A stretch of 63,848 bases of DNA, counting the filler, from Pelomyxa schiedti (lineage: Eukaryota > Protista > Evosea), in the NCBI GenBank assembly GCA_020536535.1. It is 7 parts of 7 records of this genome, joined end to end, with 100 filler letters (N's around TTAATTAATTAA, not from the genome) between each part and the next. Parts side by side here need not be neighbours in the genome. Positions count along the whole stretch, not along the records: positions 61,029 to 62,743 come from JAHLWZ010002314.1; positions 62,844 to 63,848 come from JAHLWZ010003026.1; 5 more parts are not named here. One strand, 5' to 3'. Below the pieces are notes generated by a model. It searched no databases and was not told the origin of the DNA. It was given only the letters and a program-made list of their open reading frames with translations. This document shows positions 62,096-63,848 of the stretch, piece by piece (position 1 is the stretch's first letter; each line of letters starts with the position of its first letter). The position numbers were made by a program, and so were the translations under genes.

Positions 62096-62743
62096 ATGGG
62101 AGGTGGTACGAGCAGGGTGTTAAGGGGTGTTTTTGGTGGTGTTGTTGGTGTAGTCGGGTGGCTGTCCCATAATGTTGTCAACCTCAACACGCTCTACAAC
62201 TACAATGTTGCCGACGTAGCGAGGATCTCGGGGTTACTCGACGTACCAGGTTTTTTTCCTTCTTTGTTTATATACTCTTAAATGAGACAATTCCGAGACA
62301 TAATTTCCTCGCCTTTCCACATTTACTTACTGTACATAGTACTGTTGATTTTGGGGGGAATTGCATTGTTTTTCAAGCACGTAAAGGACATTCTTCTTGG
62401 AGTAGTTTCTATATTGCTTGCAATTGTTGTTATTGTGTTGGAGAAACCTATTGGGAGCCTGAGGGCAAGACTGAACTCGTACTCTGCACTCCACTCCGGC
62501 ACTTATGTAATGTATGCTCTTGCTGTTCATTTCCGCACTATCTCAGACTGGCCGCTCCGTTGATGTTTTCATGGTTCACCATTGCTGGCGGTTTGGGACT
62601 AGTTTTCTGTGGAGGAGTAAGCGCTTCACAAATTCACAAACAATGTACCATTTCGCTAACTCCCGCCAAGTTGTATGCGTTTGCTGCTTATCGGGGAGTT
62701 TCTTGGACCCCCAGTACTACTGCTGCCACAATAAGTTCAGACA
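62096..62743 (+). CDS. Putative multi-pass membrane protein, 3' partial
   Basis: Several hydrophobic stretches across adjacent ORFs; no family recognised. Confidence 0.35.
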
Positions 62744-63848
62744 NNNNNNNNNNNNNNNNNNNNNNNNNNNNNNNNNNNNNNNNNNNNTTAATTAATTAAN
62801 NNNNNNNNNNNNNNNNNNNNNNNNNNNNNNNNNNNNNNNNNNNAGATGAGTTGATGAAGGACATTGTCTTGTTGCAGTATCTTCCAGCTGTCAAAGCAAT
62901 TAGTTGAGTTTTGCATGAGGGAAACTTACGGAATTCCATCAATCGTTAGATACAAAACTCTTCTGTGTGGGATGTATGGTTGTGAGGGGGGTGGGAGAAT
63001 TGCATCACAACTATTTTGAATTTCAAGGATTTCAGTATCACTCCAGTAGCTATCCTGTGTGTTGGAGAGTCAAATGACAAATTCTTTCAGGATTTTTTTG
63101 GAAAATAGAAAAAAAAAAAAAAAAGATATATCTACTACATTGAATAGAAAAAAAAAAAAAACTACTACATTGAAGGTATGTGCGCACATGGACTCCGTTT
63201 TTATACCACAAGGAAGCAGCAGTACTCAACACAAAGATAGCCAACACAATGACCCCACAACAACCAACCCCACTTCGTGGCGAATACTGCCCTCCTGAAC
63301 TACCCTTGTTAGTCATCCCATCATCGTCTCCTGTGCATGCCCGCTCGTCAGATAACGACAAAGAGGGGGGAAAAAAGAAACCCAAACACACCTAGGTGTG
63401 TCGCCTCGTTGGGGTCGTCGCCAACTACAACAGCATCCTCAGATCTACTGGACCCGCCCAACTCCACCTTCATCTGCCTGCCCACCGTTTGGTTTATTGA
63501 CGATCGGTGCAAGATCTGATTCGGGTAAAGACGAAGAAGAAGATTCGAGTTTCGAAGATTATTTTATCCTCTCAATTTGAAGTGATGTGGTGTGGGATTT
63601 GTTTGTACAAATTGTGGGTGGTTGTGTGTTGTTATTTGGTGAACGTTACATCTGTATGGTCCTGTGGGTATTTTTGTTTTTTGTTGTTTGTTAATTGGAC
63701 TGGTGCCATGTGCTGTCTTCAATTGATAATCCCTTTTTGCTGTTTGCTTTTGAGAGTATAGGGCTTGTGCTGCGGTTGCTGCTGTCACTGCTGATGCTAC
63801 TCTCACTGTTGTGGTGCTGTGCTGGTGTAGTTGGCATTGAGCCAATCC

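Noticed and set aside
27137-62843. Recurrent TTAATTAATTAA motif and gene neighbourhoods across it
   Set aside because: Artificial contig linker; adjacency across it has no biological meaning.
62844-63848. Possible type II membrane protein start near 63319 on the - strand
   Set aside because: One hydrophobic segment only; not enough to call.

Overview
Intron-rich eukaryotic DNA, not prokaryotic. It is at least seven contigs/scaffolds joined by artificial N-TTAATTAATTAA-N spacers (27137-27236, 48120-48219, 52448-52547, 55261-55360, 60929-61028, 62744-62843), with many internal ~100-N gaps. Short GT-AG introns, a ciliary AHI1 gene, a transmembrane TKL kinase and an expanded intronless 'QFxAL..HPRCG' family suggest a flagellated amoebozoan such as Pelomyxa (inference). 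Recognisable genes: purine nucleoside phosphorylase, VPS25, a CSN7-like PCI protein, SNAPIN, AHI1, a double-rhodanese sulfurtransferase, a GNAT, a PH-AGC (pseudo)kinase, an LRR receptor-like kinase, a Sel1-kinase and a MORN-RING protein. The most interesting content is (i) three paralogous ankyrin + internal F-box-like + Cys/His-tail genes with myristoylation-type starts, interleaved with stand-alone SPRY genes; (ii) three TRIM-like genes (split RING, two B-boxes, coiled coil, IPT/TIG, SPRY) sharing SUMO and NLS motifs but with divergent SPRY domains; and (iii) a 2.46-kb non-coding foldback element with ~305-bp TIRs and a central palindromic 40-bp array that truncates a catalytically mutated Ty3/gypsy pol. 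All exon boundaries and alignments were read by eye and are approximate.
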